Assembly: GCA_965655095.1 (NCBI GenBank)
Contig: OZ296650.1
Location: 44,826,001 to 44,890,000, forward strand
Direction: 5' to 3'
Length of the DNA stretch: 64,000 bases
Origin: Haplodiscus bocki
Taxonomy: Eukaryota
This document shows, in pieces, positions 15,107 to 28,537 of this stretch. The notes below the pieces were generated by a model that was given only the letters and a program-made list of their open reading frames with translations, ran no database searches and had not been told where the DNA came from. The position numbers and the translations under genes were made by a program. Within the stretch, counting starts at the first letter, position 1. Each line of letters starts with the position of its first letter.

Positions 15107-15532
15107 GGTAGCTGTTGACGACGTTTTCAAAACATGGATTTCCAAGAGAGACTTGACTCGAGTTCAGATTGCAAAAATCATTTGATGCCAAGGGATCAAA
15201 AGTACTAGCAAAGACCTTGAGTTCCGCTAACGGCTGGGGTACAACATTGTTCATCGGCATCGCAAATCGTTTTTTCCGGAATCCAGTTTCTTCAAACTTG
15301 GCAATCATTGAAGACATTTCGAACGTCTGGTTTTCCAATTTCACAAGTTTTGTCGATTCAATGGAAGTAGAAACGTCAGAAAAGGAAGACTCATTTGGAT
15401 AATTGTCAAAAGTGGGAGAAGTTTTATGAGATGGGGCAAGGGCGATTGATAGATCGGATCTGTAATCCAAAGACAGAGGGTCGGTTTTCGGAGAAAGGCA
15501 TCGGCGTTTCGTTCCACGTTTCCCCATGAAAC
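15107..15532 (-). CDS. gwl: Putative Greatwall exon (non-conserved middle region)
   Basis: Acceptor ttttattttgtttatag|GT (phase 1), 426-nt open frame FMGKRGTKRRCLSPKT...VVNSY, donor C|GTATGT (phase 1). Confidence 0.62.
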
Positions 15533-16399
15533 CTATAAACAAAATAAAATCAATTTTTTCAAACGCCTATATTTGACATTTATCCTATGAAACGGAGAAA
15601 AAATTCTCAAACTTCCAAGCTGTTCGATTTTTCGACACATTTTGGGAAAAAGAATAAACGAAAAAATGAAATCAGAAACGGAATTGCAGATTGTTTCCAG
15701 CAAAAAAGAATTGAGAAAAAATAAAGGCATATCCGTAAAAAGAAAGCTCGATGGCTGAAATAGAAACAGGCGCACGGCTACTTCCGGGATAGTTTCTGAC
15801 CAGTCTAAAATGAACAAAAATTTTCAATCCTTCACAGACTCGAACCCCCAACCAATGCAGTTCTACACTGTTTACAAACACTATTGCACTAACATCTAAA
15901 CCATCTAGCCCTTACCAACCGTCGATATTTAGGTTATGGCAGAACAATTGTGTGCAATTATTGATACGTTCATTGAGGAAGGCAGATTTCCCAATCATTC
16001 AAAATATGAGCAATTTTCCTGCCAATATATAACCAATAAGCGCAGCGGCACTGCGATATTTCCCGTACAAGATACAAAGAATTGATTGAAAGCTTTCTAA
16101 TATAGCTACAAAAATTAACAAACTGGGCCTCCAGTAAAATTTCAGTTGAGACCATGACTGAACAAAACCAGCAGGTAGTTTTGGAAGAAAATGAGTCCCA
16201 ATATCGAGAAAACTATTTGCACTGTTCCCTTTTGCTAATCAGATTTCTCAAGATGGGAACAAAAATGAAAGTGCTTCTATAGCACAATTCTTCTACAGGT
16301 AGAAAATTGTCAATTTAGACCTTGATGAATAAACCCAGCTAGTTAATTTGAAAAACCACCTTGAAAAAAGATGAATCTCATTAACTGCCCCTTTCGACA

Positions 16400-19300
16400 T
16401 CCGTCCTACAAGACTTTCATGCAAGAACAAAACCAAAGATATAACTATGAAAAGACTTTCACAAGTAAATACCTGTGGGTTGAGGCCTTAAATGAAGAAA
16501 TCCAACTGGTAGTTTCGGAAAGAATTTGGTATGAAATTTGAGAAAAAATCGATGTCTAGAGTTTCAGGCAAAATCGATCCTCAGATTCTCGATGCAAACG
16601 ACAAAACCAAAAAAATACTGCCGAAGAACGTTCAACCCATGGCAACCTGTCGAATGGGACTTTCAGGTGGAAAATCTAACCGCGAGTTACAATGAAAAAA
16701 GGTCGAGAATCAAAAAATAAAAGTTGCAATGTCTGAAAAATTCGACCCGTCACACTTTCCTTGTAACGAACAGATCCGCGGATATTAGCATTGGAAGACT
16801 CTTTGCTGAAAAAATCGGTCAACTGAGACCCTGACTCGTGAGATGGAAGACCGAACCCGTCGTTTCGGAGGAAATTGCGGGTGAAATGTGAGAGAAATCA
16901 TAACTAATTGCATTTATTGGCATCCACGGCCAAAAGGTTAACCACCCAAGAAAAAGTATTAATATATTACTATTACTATCTACCTCCCAGAGACATTACT
17001 ATTCAAAAACCATTTGTAGGTGAACATCGGTCAGTTAGCACGTTGATGGAAGATATGTAGCAGGTAATTGTAAAGAACATTCAGTATCATCTTCGGGAAA
17101 AAAACGTAATTACTTACACTTTGTGGCGTCATCGACCTATCTGACTTTCCATGCCAGGAAAAGAAGAGATTACAAAAAAATAAGCAAGCAGATACTTGTC
17201 GACAGCGGTACCGATAGATGATAGCCAACTGGTAGCTACAGAAAAAAGATTGTTCGAATTTCGAGGAAAATCATTACTAATTTCACTTTCTGAAAACTAG
17301 GACCATCAAACTTCCATGCAGAGAATAGCGCAGACAAAAAATATCCGAAGAAAAAAGAAACAAAAACAATCCTCTGACTAAAAACTTATCGAGTGATCAC
17401 TTGATAGATGATAACCAACCGGTACGCGGAATGATGAAGTGTGCTTAAAGTTCGAGAGAAAAATTACTATTTCTACTTTCCATCTTTATTGTCCGATAAA
17501 ATTTTTCATCTCAGGAACAGAATCGCGGATATTAGTATTGAAGAACGTTTTGCGAGGGAAAATCTGTCAAGTCAGATTCCGATGAAGAATTCAAAGGGGC
17601 GTACGTTTGTTTGATAGTCTAGAAAAAACACAACTACTTACACTTCCTTGAAAACTTATCCAATCAGGTTTACCATGCAAGGAAGAGAAAGGCAGAAATT
17701 AGTATTGAAGACTTCTACCAAGTAAAAATTTGTCGCTTTAAACCTCGATAAACGACGTCCAGCCGGTAGTTGTGCGAGGAAAATTTGCTTGAACTGTCAC
17801 AAAACCAAAAAAAAACTTCAACCAATCAGTTTTCCATCAAGGATGAAAAACGACCATGAAAGCAATCAACACTTTGTGCAAGCGAGTCTGTCGAGTGCCA
17901 TGTTCAAAGAAGATATCAAAACGGCTAGTTCTCGGACAAGGAGATCCTCAGTTTGCAGAAAAAATTAAAACTTGCATTTTTGCATAATCCGGCAATCAAG
18001 TTTAAGATGCAAGAAACAAAATCGGAAGAAAAAGCCTTCGAAAATCATTTAAAAAACAAGCTAATTGACAAGAGGACAGAAGATATCCAACCAATAGTTG
18101 TCGATGAATAATTGTTATACATAGGAGAACAATCATTCCTGCTTGCACTTTCTGGCATACTTGCACTGTCAAGTAGAGGTCTGTTTTGAACTGAAAAGTT
18201 GATGGAAGAGATCCAGTACCTAGTTGTGTGGGAAAGTGTGTTTGAATTTCGAAAAACAGCACTACTGGCAAATTGAGCCTATCAAGCTTTCTAAGCAAGG
18301 AAGAAAAGCTAAAAAGCTATCATTGGAAAAGATCCAGAAAGTAGAAAAACGTGAATAGAGTTTCCGATGGAAGATATTCAACTGGTCCGTGTGGGGAAGG
18401 TCTACTGGAGTTTCGGCACATATCACTACCACCTCAATTTTCCTGAAAACTCATCCAGTCAGGTTTTGTATGCAAGGAACAGAAACGCTGAAACGAGTAA
18501 TGAAGACCTTCTATCCAGTAAATATTTGTCGAGTGATACCTTGATAGACGGTATGCAACAGGTAGTTGGGCGAGGGAATAATTGTTTGAATTTCGAAAAA
18601 AATCACTACTTCCAATTCATTGGAAACTCATATCAAGTTTTCTTTTCAAGGAACAGAACCGCACATACTAGTACTGGAAAACACCCTCCCAGTAGCAATT
18701 TGACGAGTGTTAACATGAAAGACGATGTCCAGCCGGTACATGAATGAGGGAAAATTTGTTTGAACTGTCACGAAATAAATACTATTTGAACTTTCTAGCA
18801 CACTGAACCTGTCAGTTTTTCCCTCAAGGATGATAATCGACCAAGAAACCCTTCAACAACTTCGGCAAACGAAAGCCTGTTGAATGCCATGTTCACAAAT
18901 GATATCGAGACGGCTAGTTCTCGGAGAAGGTGTCTCTCAATTTGCAGAAAAAATCATTACTTGCATTTTTTGCATCAGGTTTAAAATGTAAGAAACAGAA
19001 TCGAACAAAAAGGCTCCAGAAAAATTTTGAAGAAAATTAGCCAGTTGACAGTAGGACATAAGATGTCCACCCAAAAACTGTCGATGAATAATTGTTTTAT
19101 ATTTGAGAATAATCATTACTGCTTGGATTTTCCAGCAAACTTGCATTGTCGAGTAGAAGTCTGTTTTCGACTATGAAGTTGATGGAAGAGATTCAATAGC
19201 TAGTTGTAGGGAAAAGTGTCATTGAACTCTGAGGAAAAATATCACTACTTGCAAGTTTAGTCCAATTGCTTATCAAGATTTCCACGCAAAAGAACTGAAG
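16400..19300. repeat. Highly diverged ~175-bp tandem satellite, block 1
   Basis: Recurring CATGCAAGGAACAG / ATGGAAGA / GTTTGAATTT / ATTACTACTTGCACTTT motifs at ~165-190-bp spacing. 17700-18300 is duplicated at ~18680-19290. Boundaries approximate. Confidence 0.75.
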
Positions 19301-20869
19301 AGAAAAAAATTGCTGAAAAAAACGGCTCGACTGTGCTGGAACATCGACGCATTTGAAAACGTAGAGAACTTGACTCTGCCAAAACAAAACGATCAGAGTT
19401 GACATTTCCCTAACAAAAATTGCTAAATTTGGGAAAACGCTAAGAAGACAGGCCTGTAACGCTCTCGAGTGAAACTGCAGCCCAAAACAAATATTGGATG
19501 ACAAAAAAAACAACCAAAAAAGCCAGAGTACCCATTTCTGGTGGACTTCAAAGCAATCAAAAACTCTAAATTTTGAAAACGTTGGAAAACTGTCTAAACT
19601 AGGCAAAAAGTTCTGCTTCGATTTGAGAGAGTAGTAGCTACAAAATTGACTGAGATGTCGGTAGCAACAATCAGAAACGTAAAATTTATTTTCAGACGAC
19701 TCTTCCATTAAGATTCAGTGTAGCTTCGTAGATGAAAGCTGATTTGAAAGGTGAAAAAGAACTTCTATGAGCAAACGACCACTCTAGTTTTTTGCCTGAC
19801 TGTTAAACACCAAAAGTACCACTCGAGACAAAATTTCCAAACATTTGAAAAACTCGTCAAAAGTTAAAACTTTGGATGAATTCAGTTGCATACGTAATCA
19901 AAAAGGTGATTTGAGAGGAAAAATCAAAAACGTTTCGGATATATCGCGAAACAAATGCTATTTTCGGCGACTCGATAATAGTTTTCTTATTTTTCCTCCT
20001 GCTTTTTCATCGGTAAGTTCTCCAACAATTTTGTTTCGGCTTTCAAAAATTTCATAAATAAAAATTAGAAACTGAAGCAAAAGAGAAGAAACTTCGCTTC
20101 AGTTGAACTTCGAGAAACTTCTCTTATACTCTGAGCCAACAAAATATTCAAGGATATATCATTTTCAAACAATTCCACAGCATTTATTCAGCGATCTGTT
20201 TCTGTATCGTATAAGTTTGACTGTTAATGAAAAACTTGATATGAGCGGTATAAACATTAATTCTGGCAAAGTCATATTCCTAGCGTTTCTTGGTTTACTT
20301 GAAACGCGATTTTCTGACCGAACCTTCAAAATTTCAAAAATGGGTGTAGCGCAATCAACATTTTGTTTTGAAGCATGCTAGTTGCGTAACTAAAGAGACA
20401 ATTCGCAAGGCAGGAAACAAGAAAAACCCGGAAAAATGATGAAATCGGCTAATTTTACAAAACAAAACGCAAAGTTTTGCTATTTATCCCCACAAAAATG
20501 AATAATTTCGATAACTTTACATTTATATGTTATAAGTCTAAAGCAACTAAAAATTGATTTTTCTTCATGGATTTTTTTTCATGGAACGCCAAGAAGAATG
20601 AAACGCGATTTTTGGTTGTTTTAGAAAACACAATACTGCAAAAACGGGGATTTGGAAGGCTCAAGACAGGTATTCTAAGTTTTTGCGGTAGAAAATTGCT
20701 TGTTAGTAAGTACGCATCTTTGAATCTTTCCATATAACAACTGAGGTTCAAATCAAAAAGTGAGGCACACGTGTCCAAAGTTTGTCGACTGAAAAAAGTT
20801 GACGTACTCACTATATTACTTTTCGCGTTCGGTTTCGAAATCAAAAATATTCTCCAACCAACGCCAACC

Positions 20870-23560
20870 TTCAGGATCATTACTTTGAAGGAAGGCTTGT
20901 AGAAGGTAGATAAGGCGTAAAATGAGATTGAGTTTTGAAAAGAACCTGCTATACTTGAAATTTCGGGTATATTTGACTGATCAGTTTTTCCATGCAAGGA
21001 ACAAAAGTGCAGATATTATTTAAAAACCTTTCCGCAAGTACATTTCTAACTACTTAAAAAGTGATGGGAAAGACGCAATCGGCCCTTGTGGGGAGAGAGG
21101 TGGTTGAATTGGAAGAAAAATCATCCTTACCGGCAGTTTCGCCGATAAAGTTTTCCAAGCAAGAAAAAAACATGAGAATTTGAGACCGAAAAACATTCGA
21201 AAACATAAATCTGTGGACTGACGTCCAGATGGAAGACAGTTCTGGAGAATGTGTGTATGAATTTCGAGCTATCACATCACCACTTCCACTTTCTGGCACA
21301 ATCAGACTGTCAAGTAGATGTCTCTTCTCGACTGGGAAGTTAATGGAAGAGATCCAAGACGTACTAGTGGGGGGAAATGTGTTTGAATTTAGAGGCAAAT
21401 CATTAGTACTTTCATCCTCTAGAACATTCGGTCCATCAGGTTTTCCACGCAAGCATAGGAACTGAAGATATCAGTATAGCAAAAAAAACCTGCCAAGTAG
21501 AAATTTTTCGATTAATCATTGGATTGAAGACCTGTAGAAAACAGATCAGGGGGTAAAGGTGTTTGCCCCTGAAGGAAAACTTCCAGTATTCGAAATGCCT
21601 GGCATATTCAACCTATCATTTTTTGAACAAGGAACACGGCGGCAGAAAACAGCACTGAAAAATTATCTGTAACTAGATATCAGTCAATTCAGGCCTGGAG
21701 GGAAAAGAGCAATAAGGTAGTTTAGTTCAAAAGGTTAGAAATCCAAGACACTAGTACTACTGGCACTTTCTGGCACAATCGGACCGTCGAATAGATGTCT
21801 CTTCTCGACAGGCAAGTTAATGAAAGAGATCCCAGACGTACTACTGGGGAAAATGTGTTTGAATTGGGAGGCAAATCATTAGTACTCGCATCCTCTAGAA
21901 TATTCAATCCGTGGTTTTTGGTGCAAGAATCAGAACTCAAGATATTAGTAAGGCAAAAAAACTTCCCAAGCAGAAGTTTTTCGATCAATCGATTGATGGA
22001 AGACCTGTAGAAAACAGATAAGGAGGTAAAAGTGTTTGCCCCTGAAAGAAAATCTTCAGTACTTGAAAATTCTGGCATATTCAACCTAGCATTTTTTTAA
22101 ACAAGGAACACGGCGGCAAACAATAGCACTGAAAAACTATTTGTAAATAGATATGAGTCGATCCAGGCCTGGAGGGAAAAGAGGAATAGGGTAGTTTAGT
22201 TCAAAAGGTTAGAAATACAAGAAACTATTACTACTGGCACTTTCTGGGATATTCGACCTATCAAGTTTTCCAACCAAGGAACAGAATCTTAAAAACTAGT
22301 ATTGGAAATTTGCAAGTAGAAGTCTGTCGACCGAAAAGTTTATGGAAGGGATGCAATCGGCTGTTGTGGGGAAAATGTCTTGGAATTTAGGGGAAAATCG
22401 TCACTACTGGCAGTTGAAGTAAATTTGGCTGATCAAGTTTTCCATTCAAGGAAGAAAACTAAGAATTTAATATTGCAAAACTTTCCGAAGGCGAAAATCT
22501 GAAAAACAATTCGCTTATGGAAGATATCAAACGGTTAGTTGTGAGGAAAGTGTATTCGCATTTCGAGATGCATCATCTCCCAATTGCACTCTCTGTAATA
22601 TTCAGTCTGTCAAGTTTTTCGCACAGGAAACAGAATTTAAAAAATGGTATTGAAAAACATTTTCCGGGAAGAACCTTGTCGATAAATACTTTCGTGGAAG
22701 ATTTGTACTAAGTGGTTGCAGGGTGAAATGTTTTAGCGTTAACAAAAAAAGATCCCACTCATCTTGCATACTCATTCTAGCAGGATTTGAACGCAACAAA
22801 AACAGGAGAGCAGGTATTATTGTCAATTGAGAGCCTGATGGAAGATAAACAAACACACACTAACTGCGGGGGAAAAGTTCACCATGAATTTCGAGAAAGT
22901 TCACCACTACTGGCACTTTTTGCACAATCGTGATCAACTCTTCCGCGCAAATAAAAAAAAGCTGTTGTCTTTGAAACACTTTCTGCTAGTAGCAATTTGT
23001 CGAGACAACTTGATTGAAGGTATCCAACCACTAGGGGAAAGCGTGTTTGAATTCAAAGAAGAATCAAAAATACTTGCATTTTCTCGCCGTTGGGACCTTC
23101 CAGATTTTTCATGCAAGGAACACGACCGCAGATAATAATAATGGAAAAACTTCTGAGAGTGAAAATTTATTGATTGACAACTTCATGGAAGATACGCAAC
23201 GCGTAATTAAGGGGGAAATGCGTTTGAATTTTGAGAAAGACCGTTAAAACTTGCACTTTTGGCATACTCCACCCATCAGTTTCTCCAAACAACAAACAAA
23301 ACGGCAAGCAATAACATTGAAAAAGCTTCCCCGGACAAAACTTTTTCCATTCTCACTTCGTAGAAGACTTGTAAATGGTTATTTTGAAGAAAGTATGTTT
23401 AAATATCGAGCAAATCATTACTACTTGCAAAATGAGTCATATTTGGCCAACAAAGTTTTCGACGCACGCAATGAAACGGAAAACATTATCGTCGAATCAC
23501 TTGCAAGCAAGAATCCGTAAATTGAAAACTTGCAAAAGGATTCCAATCCCGTATTCTTCA
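20870..23560. repeat. Highly diverged ~175-bp tandem satellite, block 2
   Basis: Same motifs at about 22098, 22270, 22443, 22620, 22790, 23110, 23286 and 23463. Higher-order ~477-bp duplication 21285-21760 / 21762-22250. Confidence 0.75.
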
Positions 23561-26500
23561 ACGATATTGAAAATCTAAGACAAATCCCTAAAAGAAATTT
23601 TTGACACTATCGGGTTACAGTATTATCAACAGACTACATTCCAGCTACGTTTATCCCATTTGCTTGTGTGCAAGGTCGGAAGAAGTTAGCATAACGGATG
23701 TTTGAAATATTACGCCAGGAAACAGAAAAGAAATTTTTGCAATGATACCAAATTCTTATGTAAAAACTTTAAATTTTAGATGAAAGATTTCATTTGCAGT
23801 TAAAAGCATATGGAGAACAAACGCTGGGCAATTTCGATTAAAGTCCGTGGAAGCATGCGAAAAATGGGCTAAAAATGCAAAGTGTGCTGTTTTTAGGTAA
23901 AATTTACAAGTTTCGAATAGCATTAGAAACTGCCTGCCTGCCATCACGGTGGTCAAACTTCTGTGACTGCTGCCCGTCGTAATAATCCTCTGGTGTATAG
24001 TGCGCGATGTTTGTCAGTTTCTGAGACAAACGAGCAGCACTGCAGTAAGCGACGGTTCATGCTAGGATGCACGTTTAATTGGCAAAAAAATTTCATGACG
24101 GTATTGATGATTTTTCTGCCGTAATTTCATTACGATATTAAATTTAAAATGTCCACGGACTGAATTCAAAATTTTCCAACCACAATTTCGGTACGGCGGA
24201 AAATAGAAAGGTACTAGCGAATATCCATACAATTATAGAGCTATTTCAATTACCTCAGCTTTGGCAAAATTAAAATAGTCAAATGACGGATTTTATTATC
24301 GAAAATAAATTAGGTCCTCTTTAGTTGGATTTCGTAAACAATTCTCTCAAAAACAGACGCGCCAATACACGCACCGGAAAACTATCGATGACAATTAGAA
24401 GGTAATGAAATAGAAACCGCCGTTTTCTTGGCCATGTCGAAAGTGTTCGATTTCGATAGGGCACAGAAGTATTCCAAAAGCTGAAAGGAACAAACTTTGA
24501 AGATAACACAGTGCATATCAACAACACCTTCCACAATAAACGTATTAAAACTGTGATCATCTCAATTCTTGTGATTCTGATTAGATCGCACTATATCAAA
24601 GTGTTCCACACGGGAACATTCATAGTGCAACAACTGCGTAAACAAAATGAAAGAGTTAGTCAAAAAACTGTTGCGTATGACAGTAAGCCGATGATACAAA
24701 GTTACTTACATCAAACAGTGATGTCACATTTTCACGAAGGACCTCACAAAACAATGTTCAAAATCTCCGGCAGTAGTTAGAGAACATCCCCTAATCATTA
24801 ATGCCAACAAAACGAGTTCCTAGTTTTCTGCAAACGCATCTTAAAAATAGTGAGTAGCACCATTGGAATTGACAAATAGTAATCATTCCGCCAGGGTATC
24901 CGGCAGTATCAAATATTGTCGAGTGTCTGCAGATAGAAGTATCATTTATCAAACTAAAGTGCAGAACATCTTATGTGAAAAGGTTTGTGCAATTAAAAGC
25001 TTGAACTCAGTCCTAGATTCGTATTCACATCGAACAAGCCTTTTTGCTATTGAATGCACTTGTTATACCTTATTTATACCATACCGCTCTTCGTCTAATG
25101 GATCACTTGGTAAAATGCCACAAAAAAACTGAGCTATAAAAGCTGTCTTCAATCGAACGAAGTATTATCTAAAAACACAATATTCATGCTGTTCGAACTC
25201 TTTTAATTAGCAAAAGCAAAATCTATTTTTGGAAATCCATAATGGTTCCATTCCGGCTTTCTCTGGTGACATCAAACTTAAAGATTCGCAAACATGGAAG
25301 AACTGAAACACTTCATTTCAATATTCAATGTCGAGGGGCTTTTAACGCAATTGCTACTCAAAAGAAGGGTCTGATCGTCTGATGAGTAAAGACTGAAAAA
25401 AGCTCTGTAGTTAATGCCTGTCAAAAAAATGAAAAAAATATTGATAAAATGAAATTTGAAATACAAACTACAGAAATTTTTTTTGAGTGAAAACAGATTC
25501 AGATAACTACTTGATTACTCTCAATTTATCTTCATTTCGACTTATACAATCTTGTGTGCCTTATGATGACATTTATTTTAGTCGTAGTTACCTCGCCTTT
25601 TAAAAATGATGACGCTTCGTATGGTTCTAACTACGCAAAATCTGTCTTTATACTGGATTTTTTTGTCTTGTCCTATCAGAAAAGAGCATTCCTCGAGATT
25701 TTACGCGAAGTCGATCGACCAATTGACATACTTTATGCAAAAAAAACGGTATATTGGACGTTTGATCTTCCTTCCATATATGAAAAATGGAAGGAAAATA
25801 GTAAAACTGAACAACCTGTTTTTTGCAAATGTCAAACCGAAGTAATATTCCAAAGTCTTATGGTAGATTTATTTTCACGGTTTTAGTAGGCGCTTTTAAC
25901 TTAAGTTTGAAACGCTCCACTCCTGCAGCGGCTAGTGTTTCCACCATGTATTCGAAAAAAAATGAGTCCATTTCGGGCAAAAGAAGAATGCTCTTTGAAA
26001 AGGCCATACACTAATCGTCACCAATAGAACCAGTAGAGAAAATGTGAAAATAACGTTTTTATATATAAAACATCAGACCTTTGGTCCTTAAAAAAATTTC
26101 ACAGACATTGACCATTAATGTTTTCAATAGAGACAATCTCGGGCAGTAAATATCTTACGAGAGACTCTACTGAACTTTCGGCGCTGTGAGAGTAAATTAA
26201 AAAGAGAAATCTAATTATACCAATATTTATGTCGAAAAGCCCTAACTTCTCAAAACAACGGTCCAAAAAGCATATTTAGTGCCTTACGATCGGTACCAAC
26301 TTGGGCGTTCCCGGCTTACCCCTTGGAGTATTCAACTTAGTATTTTAGAGTACCAATAGTTTGTCGACCAGTCAACTGATTTTCCGACGATACAGAAAAG
26401 TTTGTTTTCCTGTATGCCAAGAGAAAATTCTAACAAAGATTATTGTGTCAAAACGAAGGCTTCTTGCTGGTGACGAAATTATCTTAATTCAATTGACTTA

Positions 26501-27688
26501 CATTATTTGACTCAAAAGTAATCGAATGTTCAACGCTTCTAAGAATTTATTTCAAAGAGAACATTCTTTTCCACAAGCTTTACCAAGTCTTAATTTCAAT
26601 TGAATTTCAACCGGATAAGAGGTGCAGCAACGCTGCGGTAATTTCCGTTGAAGGCTGGTCAGAAATGGCTTAAACCTAAAATTGCTGAAAACTTAAAGAA
26701 AACCACATGCAACTTAGGGTGCGCAGAGGCTCGCTCTTAGCTCAGTGAGTACAATTTTAGACAAAGACTGGTGTTCTCAAAAAAGATTCTACGTGCGAAG
26801 AAACTTTTTGAACGAGAAAACTTGAAGAAGTTCGAAAAATGATAATTACTTTCGGATTTTGAGTGAAAAATTTTGACTGTTGATATCAAAGCTGCATTCT
26901 AAGTGTCCACAGGAACATTTTGAGCGAAAAATGAATTGTGCCCGAATCTTTTTTTACCATCTCTATTTTAAAATTTTAGCAATTACCGATATTTAGTTCC
27001 ACTTGCCACTATGAATGCTTAGTAAAATTAGAAAACTTATCAGCACACCTGGCGGGAAATTTGAAAGAGGCAAGATCGTATTAGTGAGAATGGCGTTAAA
27101 ATTGCAGCCAATGCAAAGGCATTCCAATTAGGTGGAAAAATGCAGTGGTAAATTAAATCACAGAGGCGAAGCGGAACTTCACAGTACATCGGAATTGTCC
27201 GTTGAGACCACAGATCCCAATAGACATTTGAAACCATGACCGTAGATGTGAGTGACACTTTTAGAAATACTACATCAGCTGTGAAATCAAACGTTTGGTA
27301 GAAGTGAAATTGAGAAAAGTAGCTGTGACATGGTCTCAAACTCGCAAATTTGATACGTCAATCATGCCTTTTCAGGTTACACCATTTTACAGCCCAAAGT
27401 TTAGGAAGATACCACAGTAAACAAAATGAACAAGTACCAGCCAAAAATAGGCCGTTTTTGACCGCTCACACTAGATGACTATACTCTTTGATCACGTCAA
27501 AAAATGCAAGTTATAGACTGGATAAACCTAAAAACCATCAGCCGGTTACCAATGCACATTTTTCCTTTCAGTCAGAATGTGGAAGAAAGCGGACTACTGA
27601 ATTTAAGATTTTCTTTTCGTGAAATATTACGAAGGCAAATGACAAAAAGATATTCAGCAGTTTTTATTCGAACAATTGCCGAAAGATT

Positions 27689-28145
27689 GAGCAAGACGGC
27701 CGGTTACCACCGGCATATTTTCTCCGCTCCAATTTTGTCAAATATGGCCTTTAAAAAAATTAAAGCATTTAATTTTTCAAGTAAAAATTTTCTGATTGCC
27801 TTGCAGAAGAAATCTCACGAGTTTGCACAGACATTAGAAAGAAATAATATCATTTGACACGCATTCTACTGCATATTTGTCACTTTTACCAATTTTGAAA
27901 AAAAATCGTTTTCTGTCAAAAATAAGTCAATTATCAATATTTCGAGCATATTTGAGAGATCTTACAATTTCAGTCGCATTCTACAGCAAATTTTCTATAA
28001 TTTGTTAAGGAAAAAATTTCACATTCAGAATCGCCCCGAAATTCGCATTCGGTAATACATTTTCAATTGGCAAGTAAACGTTAAAAGTCCGCGTTGAGTT
28101 GATGATCTTCCTTTCATATTATAAATATGGGCGGAAAATGATAAC
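27689..28145 (+). repeat. ~450-bp interspersed repeat family (other copies ~13165-13640 minus, ~14142-14614 minus, ~32448-33440 plus with insert)
   Basis: Copies share CAAGACGGCCGG(C/T)TACCACC at one end, internal CGCATTCT motifs, and AAATATGGGCGGAAAA at the other end. Confidence 0.6.
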
Positions 28146-28295
28146 ATTCTCAAATACAAACTGAAGCATTGGGATTTACCGATATTGTGTTAGCTTCGGC
28201 CGTTGAGACAATTTTGACTGAGTGGATATTTATGATATTGCATTTTGTTGATGAAAAAAGTGAAACTCAAGAGATCAGAAAAACTCAGAACTTAC

Positions 28296-28537
28296 CTCCC
28301 TCAGAACTTCCTGAGCTCGTTCCAGATGCGCTTTTGGGAGAGGGCGTTCTGCAAGTCCCATGTGAGGTTAGTTTTCCTCTGTATGGCAACATATCATCGA
28401 AAGACGAGGAAGATATGCTCAAATTACCCAAATTGAACCTCACTACTGTCAAAAGTGGCGATTTAATTGGTTCTGTTCCGACACAATTACGTTTTTCAAC
28501 TGATGTTTCTTCTTCGCAATTCAATTTTCGTTTGTCC
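28296..28537 (-). CDS. gwl: Putative Greatwall exon (non-conserved middle region)
   Basis: Acceptor ...cctcgtatcag|G is phase 2, matching the previous donor. Open Ser-rich frame DKRKLNCEEE...SGSSEG, then strong donor G|GTAAGT (phase 1). Assigned by splice phase and strand, not homology. Confidence 0.62.
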
